From Ruminococcus sp. (GTDB lineage Bacteria > Bacillota > Clostridia > Oscillospirales > Acutalibacteraceae), in NCBI GenBank assembly GCA_051893995.1, contig JBJFHX010000161.1:21580-85579 (forward strand): a stretch of DNA of 64,000 nt, read 5' to 3'. Under the pieces are notes generated by a model, which was not told the DNA's origin, searched no databases, and saw only the letters and a program-made list of their open reading frames with translations. Positions 50,205 to 59,200 of the stretch are shown here, piece after piece. A program made the translations under genes and the position numbers. Position 1 is the stretch's first letter; every line of letters begins with the position of its first letter.

Positions 50205-50930
50205 ATGCATATTGCAATTATCGATGACAGCAGAGCTGAACAACAGATGATAAGTAAAGCTGTGACGCAATGGGCGCACAATTCACATCAGTCAGTCGAA
50301 TTTTCCGTATTCGACAGCGGCGAGAACTTTTCTGCGGCTGTAACGGAAAATCACTTTGATATTGTGTTTATGGATATCTATATGGGAGGTATGAACGGCA
50401 TTGAAACCGCAGCTGTTCTCAGAAAACACAGCCTTGATACGCTTCTTATTTTTCTGACTACGAGCGCTGATCATATGGCACAGGCTTTTCCCTGTCACGC
50501 CTTTGACTACATAATGAAACCGGTTGATATTTCAAGGCTTTATAAAACACTTGACGAAGCTCTCAGAATTCTTCCCGAAAATCAGCCTTACATTGATATT
50601 GTTTTTGAAAGGCAGAAAATATCTGTTCTTTATTCTGATATTCTGTACATACTTTCTGATTCAAACTACTGCATTATTACCGTCAGGGATAATGAATACC
50701 GTGTAAGAGTCTCCTTCAACGAGCTTACCTCCGAATTAAAAAACTCCTCTGAGTTCTTTATAATCAACAGAGGCATAATGGTAAATCTTGACAATGTGCT
50801 CAGAGTGGATAATTTTGACTGTATTACGGTAAATCAGAAATCAATTCCGATAAGCAGACGAAAAAAGGACGAATTTGAACATAGCCTTTTAAGCCGACGC
50901 TTTGAAAAACGACGCAAGGAGGGCTTATAA
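50205..50930 (+). CDS. LytTR-family response regulator
   Basis: IIDD, VFMDIYM, FLTTS, DYIMKP; LytTR NRGIMVNL..IPISRRK. Confidence 0.92.
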   Translation: MHIAIIDDSRAEQQMISKAVTQWAHNSHQSVEFSVFDSGENFSAAVTENHFDIVFMDIYMGGMNGIETAAVLRKHSLDTLLIFLTTSADHMAQAFPCHAFDYIMKPVDISRLYKTLDEALRILPENQPYIDIVFERQKISVLYSDILYILSDSNYCIITVRDNEYRVRVSFNELTSELKNSSEFFIINRGIMVNLDNVLRVDNFDCITVNQKSIPISRRKKDEFEHSLLSRRFEKRRKEGL

Positions 50931-50931
50931 T

Positions 50932-52248
50932 ATGAGTATAATCAATATCCTTCAGGCATCAGCAGAATTTGCCATACTTATTCCTGCCGCACTGATATGT
51001 ATTTTACCGGTTATGAAACACAGCAAAGTAAGCAGAAAGCTGCTGTTAGCGGTTACGGTATCTGCTCTGATTGTAATTTCATTTATCTGCGGAATAATCA
51101 AGGTTCAATTATCCCTTGATTCAAATGCGTTTCTTATACCTGTAATGCTGTTGGCTTTGATTTTTTACTTTACATTTTTCAGACAAAGCAAAAAGAAGCT
51201 GTGGTATTTGTTTATTTCAGTAACAGCTATATTTTCTTTTGCAGGACTGTCGAGCTATATTATAGAGGCACATATTAACGCCGACGGAAATATCGGTGAT
51301 TTACAAAGCTACGGATTGATTGTTCAATGGATTATCGCACTGATTTTTTTAATTGCATCTGTTGTGTTCCTGCCGAAAATCGAGTGGCTTATGGACGACT
51401 ATCACCTTAATGCCATTTGGAAATTCGTCTGGCTTGTGCCTGCATTTATTACTGCAACAAACATATTGATGATTCCCGAGGATTACTCGACAGTAAGTGT
51501 AGGACGGTTGTTTGAAATCTATATCGTAACAGATGCTGTACTTTTGCTGCTGTATGTGCTGTTTCAGATTATGCTGTACATAATAGCTAAAGCGATAACC
51601 GACAAGTCTGAAGCGGAACTACAGGCCCGGATGCTGAGTATTCAGGCAACTGAATACAAAAATCTGAAAAAATATATTGAAGATACAAGCCGACTCAGAC
51701 ACGACTTTCTGCATATGGCGAGGGCAGCCCGACAGCTTGCAAAGAGCAACGACACCGAAACGCTTATACATTTGATTGACTCATACGGAGTATCTATAGA
51801 TACTTCTCACTGTCAAAAAATATTCTGTGCGCACAATGCGCTCAACGCCATTGTCGGGTACTACTATGATGAAGCTTTGAAGCACAACATAAAATGCAAT
51901 TGTCAGATTTCCCTGTCTGATAACATAACGGTTTCCGATGTTGATTTATGCTCAGTCACGGGAAACCTTCTTGATAATGCCATTCAGGGTTGTCTGACTG
52001 TTGAGGAAAGTAAACGCTACATCAGTTTTAAAGCAGATACTGAAAAAAACGGAGATATTTATATCGTTGTAACAAACAGCTTTGACGGTGTTGTCAAAAA
52101 GCAAAACGGCAAATATACGTCAACTAAAGAAAACGGAAACGGAATCGGACTTGAATCAATAAAAACCACTGTAAATAAGCATAACGGATATGTAAAATTC
52201 TATAATGACAAAAAGAATTTTTATTCCGATATTATGATGAAGCAATAA
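50932..52248 (+). CDS. AgrC/VirS-like GHKL sensor histidine kinase
   Basis: 6-7 TMs, LRHDF, GNLLDNAI, STK..GNGIGL. Confidence 0.9.
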   Translation: MSIINILQASAEFAILIPAALICILPVMKHSKVSRKLLLAVTVSALIVISFICGIIKVQLSLDSNAFLIPVMLLALIFYFTFFRQSKKKLWYLFISVTAIFSFAGLSSYIIEAHINADGNIGDLQSYGLIVQWIIALIFLIASVVFLPKIEWLMDDYHLNAIWKFVWLVPAFITATNILMIPEDYSTVSVGRLFEIYIVTDAVLLLLYVLFQIMLYIIAKAITDKSEAELQARMLSIQATEYKNLKKYIEDTSRLRHDFLHMARAARQLAKSNDTETLIHLIDSYGVSIDTSHCQKIFCAHNALNAIVGYYYDEALKHNIKCNCQISLSDNITVSDVDLCSVTGNLLDNAIQGCLTVEESKRYISFKADTEKNGDIYIVVTNSFDGVVKKQNGKYTSTKENGNGIGLESIKTTVNKHNGYVKFYNDKKNFYSDIMMKQ

Positions 52249-52367
52249 ATATTAGCGTAACAAACAGCATATTTGGAAAAATCCTCGGATTGCAGGACAT
52301 TGTGACAGAAAAATTCAATAAGATTTGTGTGTACATCGGTTTTAATAAATGGTGATTTTTTCATTAT

Positions 52368-52437
52368 TTATGAGCAGTCGGCATTTCTGCTCCTCTGTCA
52401 AGCAAAAACGGCTTAAACACTGCGTTTAAGCCGTTTT
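52368..52437 (+). repeat. Module-end repeat copy 2 with terminator
   Basis: ttatgagcagtcggc..ttctgc.cct.tg.caagcaaaaacggcttaaacactgcgtttaagccgtttt, matching 35913..35983. Confidence 0.7.
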
Positions 52438-52465
52438 AGACTGTCGTAATAACTCGAATTTCAGG

Positions 52466-52506
52466 TTGTGATGTGCCCCTGTCCACTTGACAGGGGCACA
52501 TCACAA
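52466..52506 (-). terminator. Perfect hairpin downstream of the rubrerythrin fusion
   Basis: ttgtgatgtgcccctgtc-cactt-gacaggggcacatcacaa. Confidence 0.65.
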
Positions 52507-52563
52507 TTTAAAGAAAGGTTCGGATTTTTAATTATTTAAGAAAGTATCGGATAAATTTCAGAA

Positions 52564-54669
52564 TCAATAGTTATTTTCGCAGATTTCAAAGTAGCTTTGC
52601 GGATGAGCACATACAGGGCAGATTTCAGGCGCCTTTGTGCCTACAACAACGTGACCGCAGTTGCGGCATTCCCAAACCTTAACCTCGCTCTTTTCAAAAA
52701 CAGCCGCTGTTTCTACATTCCTGAGCAAAGCACGATAGCGTTCCTCGTGGCGTTTTTCAATTTCGCCTACCATACGGAATTTTGCAGCAAGCTCAGGGAA
52801 GCCTTCCTCTTCAGCTGTTTTTGCAAAGCCTTCGTACATATCAGTCCACTCATAATTTTCACCGTCGGCAGCTGCAGCAAGATTTGCGGCAGTATCTCCG
52901 ATTCCGTCAAGTTCCTTGAGCCACATTTTTGCGTGCTCACGCTCGTTTTCAGCTGTTTTAAGGAATAGTGCTGCAATCTGTTCAAAGCCCTCTTTCTTTG
53001 CAACTGAAGCAAAGAAGGTGTATTTATTTCTTGCGCCTGATTCTCCGTCAAAAGCAGTATGCAGGTTCTTTTCTGTCTGTGTTCCTGCATATTTGTTCTT
53101 ACTTGCATCTGTTATCAGCTCAAGATTATCACCCGTTGCTTTACATCTGGGGCAAACAGGGGTTTCTCCGTCCTGCACCTCAAATACCTCTCCGCATAAT
53201 TTACATTTGTACTTTTTCATAGCTTTTACCTCCGAATTATTTGCAATTTTTATGTCAGTATTGACGTTTGTAATTGGTTTGCCTGCATGGGGAATATCAG
53301 TGTATTGTGCAATATCTCTGCTTGTAGTTACAAGATTACGAACAGACAATCCGTGAACTGAACGGTTACCCGTAACTCTTGCAAAGGTTTTCAGCTCATT
53401 AAGGGAAACATTCAGGAAATTTGCCACTCTCTGGGCTGAGGTATCAATGTGAAGTCTTTTCCTAAGCTCAGGGTCCTGTGTAGCAACGCCGACAGGGCAG
53501 TTACCGCTTCCGCAGATGCGGTATTGCTGACACGCAGCGGCAATAAGACCTGCACTTGCAATTGCAACAGCGTCAGCACCCATAGCAAGTGCCTTGGCAA
53601 AATCTGCCGACACACGAAGTCCGCCGGTAATTACCAGCGAAATATCCGAACCGACTGAATCCAGATATTTTCTTGCTCGATGCAGTGCGTAGATAGTCGG
53701 AACGCTGGTTGCTTCACGAAGCATCAGCGGACTTGAGGCTGTAGCTCCGCCTCTTCCGTCTATGGTAATGAAATCAGGCTTGGCGAATACGCAATGTTCA
53801 AGATCACTCTCAATATTCCCTGCGGCAATTTTAATGCCGATAGGGCGACCGTCTGAACGTCTGCGGAGCATATCCACCATATCCCTAAGGTCCTCTTTTG
53901 AATTTATCTCAGGGAATTTGCTCGGACTCTGTATGTCTTCACCCTGCTTTTTCCCTCTGATAGCCGCAATTTCGGGCGTTACCTTTTCTCCGGGCAGGTG
54001 TCCGCCCATTCCGGGCTTTGTACCCTGCCCGATTTTGATTTCGATAGCGTCTGATGACTGTAAATTTTCATCAGTTACACTGTATTTGTTCGGAATGTAC
54101 TCAAATATGTACTTATACGCCGCCTGCTTTTCCTCGGGCAGAATTCCGCCCTCGCCGCTGCACATTGCAGTTTTAGCCATTGCCGAGCCTTTGGCAAGTG
54201 CAATTTTCACTTCTCTTGACAGAGCACCGAAGGACATATGAGAAATATAAATCGGACTGTTGAGTACCATTGGTTTTTTTGCGTGTTTACCGATTACGGT
54301 AACAGCGTCAACCTCTTCCCCGTCATCAAGCGGCGGCGGATTAAGCTGAGCACCGAGCAGAAGCACATCATCCCAGTTCGGCATTGGCATTTTTGTGCTC
54401 ATAGCTCCGCCGATTGACTTACCGGTTACCGCCATTTCGTGAATTTCAGACATATAACGGGCAGACGCATCATTACGTGCAGTTGCGCTGTCATAGTCAA
54501 GCTTGCCTGAATAGGATTTTACCGCAGGCTCCTGGGCTTCCGACGGTAAAGGTAAAAAATTTGAAACAGACTGCTTGCAAATCGGACAGCAATCAAGCTC
54601 TGAGATAGGTTTGCCTTCCTTTTCCTCATCGTAGATTGCTCCGCAAATCTTACATCTATATACAGCCAT
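52564..54669 (-). CDS. Rubredoxin - FMN-binding glutamate-synthase-family domain - rubredoxin - rubrerythrin fusion
   Basis: CKICG..CPIC; [48 protein letters not shown]; CKLCG..CPRC; [34 protein letters not shown]. Confidence 0.88.
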   Translation of the reverse strand: MAVYRCKICGAIYDEEKEGKPISELDCCPICKQSVSNFLPLPSEAQEPAVKSYSGKLDYDSATARNDASARYMSEIHEMAVTGKSIGGAMSTKMPMPNWDDVLLLGAQLNPPPLDDGEEVDAVTVIGKHAKKPMVLNSPIYISHMSFGALSREVKIALAKGSAMAKTAMCSGEGGILPEEKQAAYKYIFEYIPNKYSVTDENLQSSDAIEIKIGQGTKPGMGGHLPGEKVTPEIAAIRGKKQGEDIQSPSKFPEINSKEDLRDMVDMLRRRSDGRPIGIKIAAGNIESDLEHCVFAKPDFITIDGRGGATASSPLMLREATSVPTIYALHRARKYLDSVGSDISLVITGGLRVSADFAKALAMGADAVAIASAGLIAAACQQYRICGSGNCPVGVATQDPELRKRLHIDTSAQRVANFLNVSLNELKTFARVTGNRSVHGLSVRNLVTTSRDIAQYTDIPHAGKPITNVNTDIKIANNSEVKAMKKYKCKLCGEVFEVQDGETPVCPRCKATGDNLELITDASKNKYAGTQTEKNLHTAFDGESGARNKYTFFASVAKKEGFEQIAALFLKTAENEREHAKMWLKELDGIGDTAANLAAAADGENYEWTDMYEGFAKTAEEEGFPELAAKFRMVGEIEKRHEERYRALLRNVETAAVFEKSEVKVWECRNCGHVVVGTKAPEICPVCAHPQSYFEICENNY

Positions 54670-54688
54670 ATAACACTCCCCTTTAAAA

Positions 54689-55075
54689 TTATTTTTTGTT
54701 TATACAATCGGGACACAAACCCTCAAATATCAGGCGATGACGGCTGACCTGAAAGCCTGTTTCCCTTTCAATCTGTTCATCGTAATCGGCACGGTAGCTT
54801 AACGGAGCGTCAAAGGTCTTTCCGCAGCCTATGCAGTAAATATGATAATGACGGTCCTTGCGTGAATCGTATCGGTCTGCCGCAGGCACCTTAACATTTG
54901 TAATCTCCTCATTTTCCGACAAGATACCGAGATTACGGTACACCGTACCCCTGCTGATTTTGTTGTTTTTTGCACGAACATCAATATAAATCTGATCGGC
55001 AGTAGGATGGTCGTTTCTTTTCATTACAGCTTCCAGAATCATCCGTCGCTGCTTTGAGTCTCTCTGTTTTTTCAT
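54689..55075 (-). CDS. Fur-family transcriptional repressor (PerR-like)
   Basis: [32 protein letters not shown]; co-oriented upstream of a rubrerythrin. Confidence 0.88.
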   Translation of the reverse strand: MKKQRDSKQRRMILEAVMKRNDHPTADQIYIDVRAKNNKISRGTVYRNLGILSENEEITNVKVPAADRYDSRKDRHYHIYCIGCGKTFDAPLSYRADYDEQIERETGFQVSRHRLIFEGLCPDCINKK

Positions 55076-55092
55076 TGAAACACCCTTATTAA

Positions 55093-55144
55093 TAATAAGA
55101 CTTATTACTAATAATAGTTTAACAAATATTTTTTCAATTGTCAA
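55093..55144 (-). promoter_or_regulatory. Sigma-A promoter with a 7-1-7 Fur/Per box
   Basis: TTGACA (55144-55139), 17 bp, TAAACT; perfect palindrome TAATAAG-a-CTTATTA at 55093-55107. Confidence 0.7.
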
Positions 55145-55167
55145 TAATTATTGTATAAAAATTGCAC

Positions 55168-55202
55168 AAAAAGAGGAAACCACAATTTATGTGATTTCCT
55201 CT
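55168..55202 (-). terminator. Terminator after the lipoprotein gene
   Basis: agaggaaaccaca/tgtgatttcctct stem with a U tract on the minus strand. Confidence 0.6.
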
Positions 55203-55277
55203 ATAAAGTTGCTATTCAGCTTTCAAGTCATTGTTTCAACAACAATTTTTCCTTATTATATTTCGGTTAGATAGCCG

Positions 55278-55748
55278 TTATCTTTTACCCATTACGCTTG
55301 TAGAGCCTGTATTAGCGTCTGTATATTCAAGGGTTTCATTTTCAGCGTTGTATGTATAGGGTGTTGACGCACCGTTTGCTGTAACTGTTAATATTGAGCC
55401 GTCAAATTCATAGCTTGCTTCAACATCTACACCGGCAACTGTTACAATTGCCGATCCGTCCTCGTTTAATGTGTAGGAAGAATCTGCCTGTTCGGGGTCA
55501 ACTCCCTGTGCTGCACAATATTCTTCAAATGTCTGGCTGTTGCCGTCAGCGTCAATAATTTCTATCATTCCCCATGTACCTGTTACGTCTGCTTCGGCGC
55601 TGTTCTCTTCGGCTGTGTCAGATGATTCTGCGCTCTGAGAAGCTGACGACTCATTGACTGAACTCTCTTTGTTGTCATTGCCGCCGCAGCCGCAGAATAC
55701 TGCTGTACCCATCATACAAAATGCAAGTAATAATGCAATTTTTTTCAT
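55278..55748 (-). CDS. Acidic lipoprotein (lipocalin-like beta-barrel)
   Basis: Lipobox-like VFCGC, S/E-rich linker, VTGTW motif. Confidence 0.7.
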   Translation of the reverse strand: MKKIALLLAFCMMGTAVFCGCGGNDNKESSVNESSASQSAESSDTAEENSAEADVTGTWGMIEIIDADGNSQTFEEYCAAQGVDPEQADSSYTLNEDGSAIVTVAGVDVEASYEFDGSILTVTANGASTPYTYNAENETLEYTDANTGSTSVMGKR

Positions 55749-55804
55749 TTTTAATTCTGATTATCCCTTTTACTCAGCCCTAAATTCACGCTTAATTAAT
55801 GATA

Positions 55805-56175
55805 TAAACCATAATTTAGTGTGGAGTGTGGAGAGTGGAGAGTGGAGTTGTGGTCGAGTGGATAGGTTGCGATAATTCAAAGGTTTAGTGCCCGAATTTA
55901 TTTATATGCGGCGTTGCCGCAGGTGTGGATTTTTGTGTTTTTAACTAATGTAGGGAACGGTCTTGACCGTTCCGATTACCCATAGGTCAGATGTAACTTT
56001 GCGGAACAGTCAAGACTGTTCCCTACACTAAAAAATTAAACGTTACCAGTATATCGACATTAATTCAGCAAACAAACTTATCCAAACAACACGCACTATT
56101 ACAAATTCGGAGCGTAGCGACCATTAACTCCACTCTCCACACTCCACTCTTCACTCTAAACTAAATTATGGTTTA
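55805..56175. mobile_element. Non-autonomous palindromic element (MITE-like) with heptamer-repeat arms enclosing a REP doublet
   Basis: Perfect 16-bp termini taaaccataatttagt/actaaattatggttta; (GTGGAGA)n vs (TCTCCAC)n arms; internal REP doublet at 55949..56027. Confidence 0.6.
55949..56027. repeat. GTAG-type REP doublet
   Basis: GTAGGGAACGGTCTTGACCGTTCC and GGAACAGTCAAGACTGTTCCCTAC. Confidence 0.8.
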
Positions 56176-56223
56176 GCGTACTAAAAATGATATATTATAA
56201 CCTTCTGCGAAGTGTTTACTTAT

Positions 56224-59200
56224 TTATGACCAGCCGCCCGATTTACTGCTTGTTGCTGTGAAGGTTGAGCCGCTGATTTCAGTTTCCCACGAGTTCCATA
56301 CTACTCCGTTTGAGGGATTGAGCCTTTTAATGATTACTGACGATACCGCTTTGGGAATCTCTGCTACCCACACGCTTCCTGTTTTCTCCATAGGATAGGT
56401 AATTCCCGTGTCTTTGTCGTACAGCTCAAACACAGCCTTGTCGTTTGCAAGCCACTGCTGAGGTGTACCGTCCTTGAGGGTGAGCGTTATGCTCGGTACT
56501 GCGCTGAAAATCTGTGCATCGGGAATTTCCGAGCCGTTCAGCGTTGCAATATAGTGCGTGTTATACATCTGGATTTCTGTGCAGTCCTGAATGTTTATTA
56601 CACCGTTTGCGTCTGTGTCTGCTGCGGCAAGCTGAGTGCCCTCAAGCCCCGACACGTCTGCTAAGTATTTCTGTATCAGGGTTACGTCCTTTATAGTCAG
56701 TTCTCCGTCACCGTCAACATCTCCGCTTTTGTACTTGTGTGCGTAAGCCGATATGTCGTTTGCAGGCATTATGCCGTCAAAGTCCTCCTCTGAAAACTCC
56801 CAGTCAGTGCTTATGTAATCGTTGCAGTAGTACCTCTCGGGGTTTTCTGCTTTTTCGCCCTTGCGGTAATACTTAACGCTGACAAGCTCGTCATCAAGGT
56901 AATATCTTATTGCATAGCGTTCCTGCTCAAAATACAGCTTAGGAACACTGCCGTCGCTTAATACCCACACATTATCTCCAAGCTCGGGTGAGCTGTCGCC
57001 TGAAGAATATTTCTGTAGACTGTAGTTTGCGGCAACCGTCTTTGCGTTTTTATCGTCGAAGCCTGTTAAATCTGTAAATGAGTATGCGCCCGTATTGTTG
57101 CAAAGCTCCTCATAGCCGCTTATGGGAATGTTGTCTGCATCATAATAGCAGTTGCTGAGCTTGCAGAAAGCGTTGTTGTCGTAGGTCGTATTAAAGCTTC
57201 CGATAAGCTTGCCAGCCTGCATTTGCTCGTTGCCGTAGTTGAGCAATATTTCATCGTATGCATAGCAGTTTCTGATTTCCATTGTGCCGCCGTTTGAAAC
57301 TACACTGCCTACAAGTCCGCCTGTTATGCTGTCCCATAACGAATATACGTAGCAGCCCTCGGAACAGCAGTTTGACATTACCGTACCGCTTGTTGCCCTG
57401 TTGCTTTCAAACTCACCTGTAATTCCGCCTGATACTCCGTTTGCGATTATTGCCGACTCGCTTACACAGCAAGCCTGAATTTTATGCTCGCTGTCGGAGG
57501 TGTTTTCAAACTTGCCTGCGATTGCTCCTGCAAAGCTGTTTTCGGTTTTGATATAAGCACTTTCAAGCTTCAGACAAAGAACGTCTGCATTTCTTGCGTA
57601 GCCTAAGAAGCCTGCATAGTCGTCTGATGAGAATACATAAAGTCCTGTGATTGTGTGACCGTTTCCGTCAAAGTTTCCGCTAAACGGTCTTTGCTCTGTG
57701 CCTGCGGGTGTCCATATATGTTCGGGATTGTTCGCTTCATTTGTACGGTTGTCATTTCCCCAGTACTCGCAGTCAGCCAAATCATTGTACATAATGTCAG
57801 CGGTCAGCTTGTAGCTTGCACCTGCATATTCATCCGAGCTGTTTACAAGGCTTGAGAACAAGTCAAGCTGTTCTCTGTCTGAAATAAGGTAGGGTGAAGT
57901 TTCCGTTCCGTTTCCTCCTGCAAAGCTGACTGCACGGTAGACAGGCTTTACAGCTATACTCTTTGTGATATACGAGGTGTCCTCGCTCCAGCGTACAAAG
58001 CTGTAGCCCTCATATTCGGGCGCACTCGGATTTTCGGCACTTTCTCCGTAGGCAACCTTCTGCCTGTCAAGCACGTTTCCGTCTTTGTCAAGAAAGGCTA
58101 CGTTGAAGATTTTTTCTGCACAGGAGTATATTGCCGTGACGGTTATGTCCTCATAAACCTTGCCGATTGGCTTATTCCATCTTTCAAACTCATAGCCTTC
58201 TCTGTACGGAGCCTGAATTTTCGACGGTGTTTCGCCCTCTTTTACGGTCTGAGTCTTAATTACGCTTCCGTCGTAATCCTTATAGGTTACAGTGTAGTAT
58301 TTATACTCTGTCTTATCGGCTATTGCAAAAGGCACTGCGTAATTTCCGTCGTAGTCGCCGATACCGCTGAGCACGGCATAGCCTGTGCCTGTATCTGTGT
58401 TTGAAACGTATTCCAGCGTGTAGTCTTTGCCCTCTGTAAGAATTTCACCGTTATAGTAAGCCTTTACCTGAGGACATACGGCACTGCCTGTATAGGTCTG
58501 TTCGGGAATCACAGTTACCTCTGCACACATAAGATGCTTTTTGCTGATTTCAGCATTTGTATTGATTAAAACTGTGTTGCTGTCAGCACTCTGCTGTGTG
58601 CCTGTGTTAGTTACAATTGATTCTCCGTTTGATTTTGTCGCTCTGAAATCAGGGCTTTTTTTGTTTGCAACGACCTTGTAGTAGTATATCTTTCCCGAAG
58701 TGATTGTGCTGTCACAATAGCCTGTGCCTGTTACGCTGTCGGCAAGCTTTTGCCATACACCGCTGCTTTTTCTGTAAACGGTGTAGTAATCAGCGTCTGC
58801 TGTTGCACTCCATTTAATGTTCACCTCTGATAAGTTCACCGTTTGCGCTTCAATTACAGGGGCTTCAAGCTCAGCAGGCATAGTCAGGGTGATTGTGTCG
58901 CTGTACTCGCTTCTGTCCCTGTACAGTCCGAACAAAGCGTTTTCAAAGCCCTTGTATTTTAAAAGATAGGTCTTGCCGAACTCAAGCTTGTCTATGTAAA
59001 ACGCATTTTCTCCGCTTCCGATTGAATTGAGAACGTCAAACCAGCTTTTTCCGTTATTGTCCGAGCACAGGCACTGCTGTACAAAGCACTGTGACGGTGA
59101 AACGCAGGTTAACCGTACATTGTTGTTTGTAAACTCAGCCTTGGTAATTTCACACTTGCCGAGATTCGTGTCAAGCGGGTCGTCGTCGAGATAATCTACG

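Noticed and set aside
52564-54669. Calling this gene gltB (glutamate synthase large subunit)
   Set aside because: Lacks the amidotransferase and GXGXG domains; no gltD nearby; oxidative-stress context.
55821-55850. Heptamer repeats and REP units as a CRISPR-like array
   Set aside because: Units are contiguous or inverted pairs without unique spacers of regular length.
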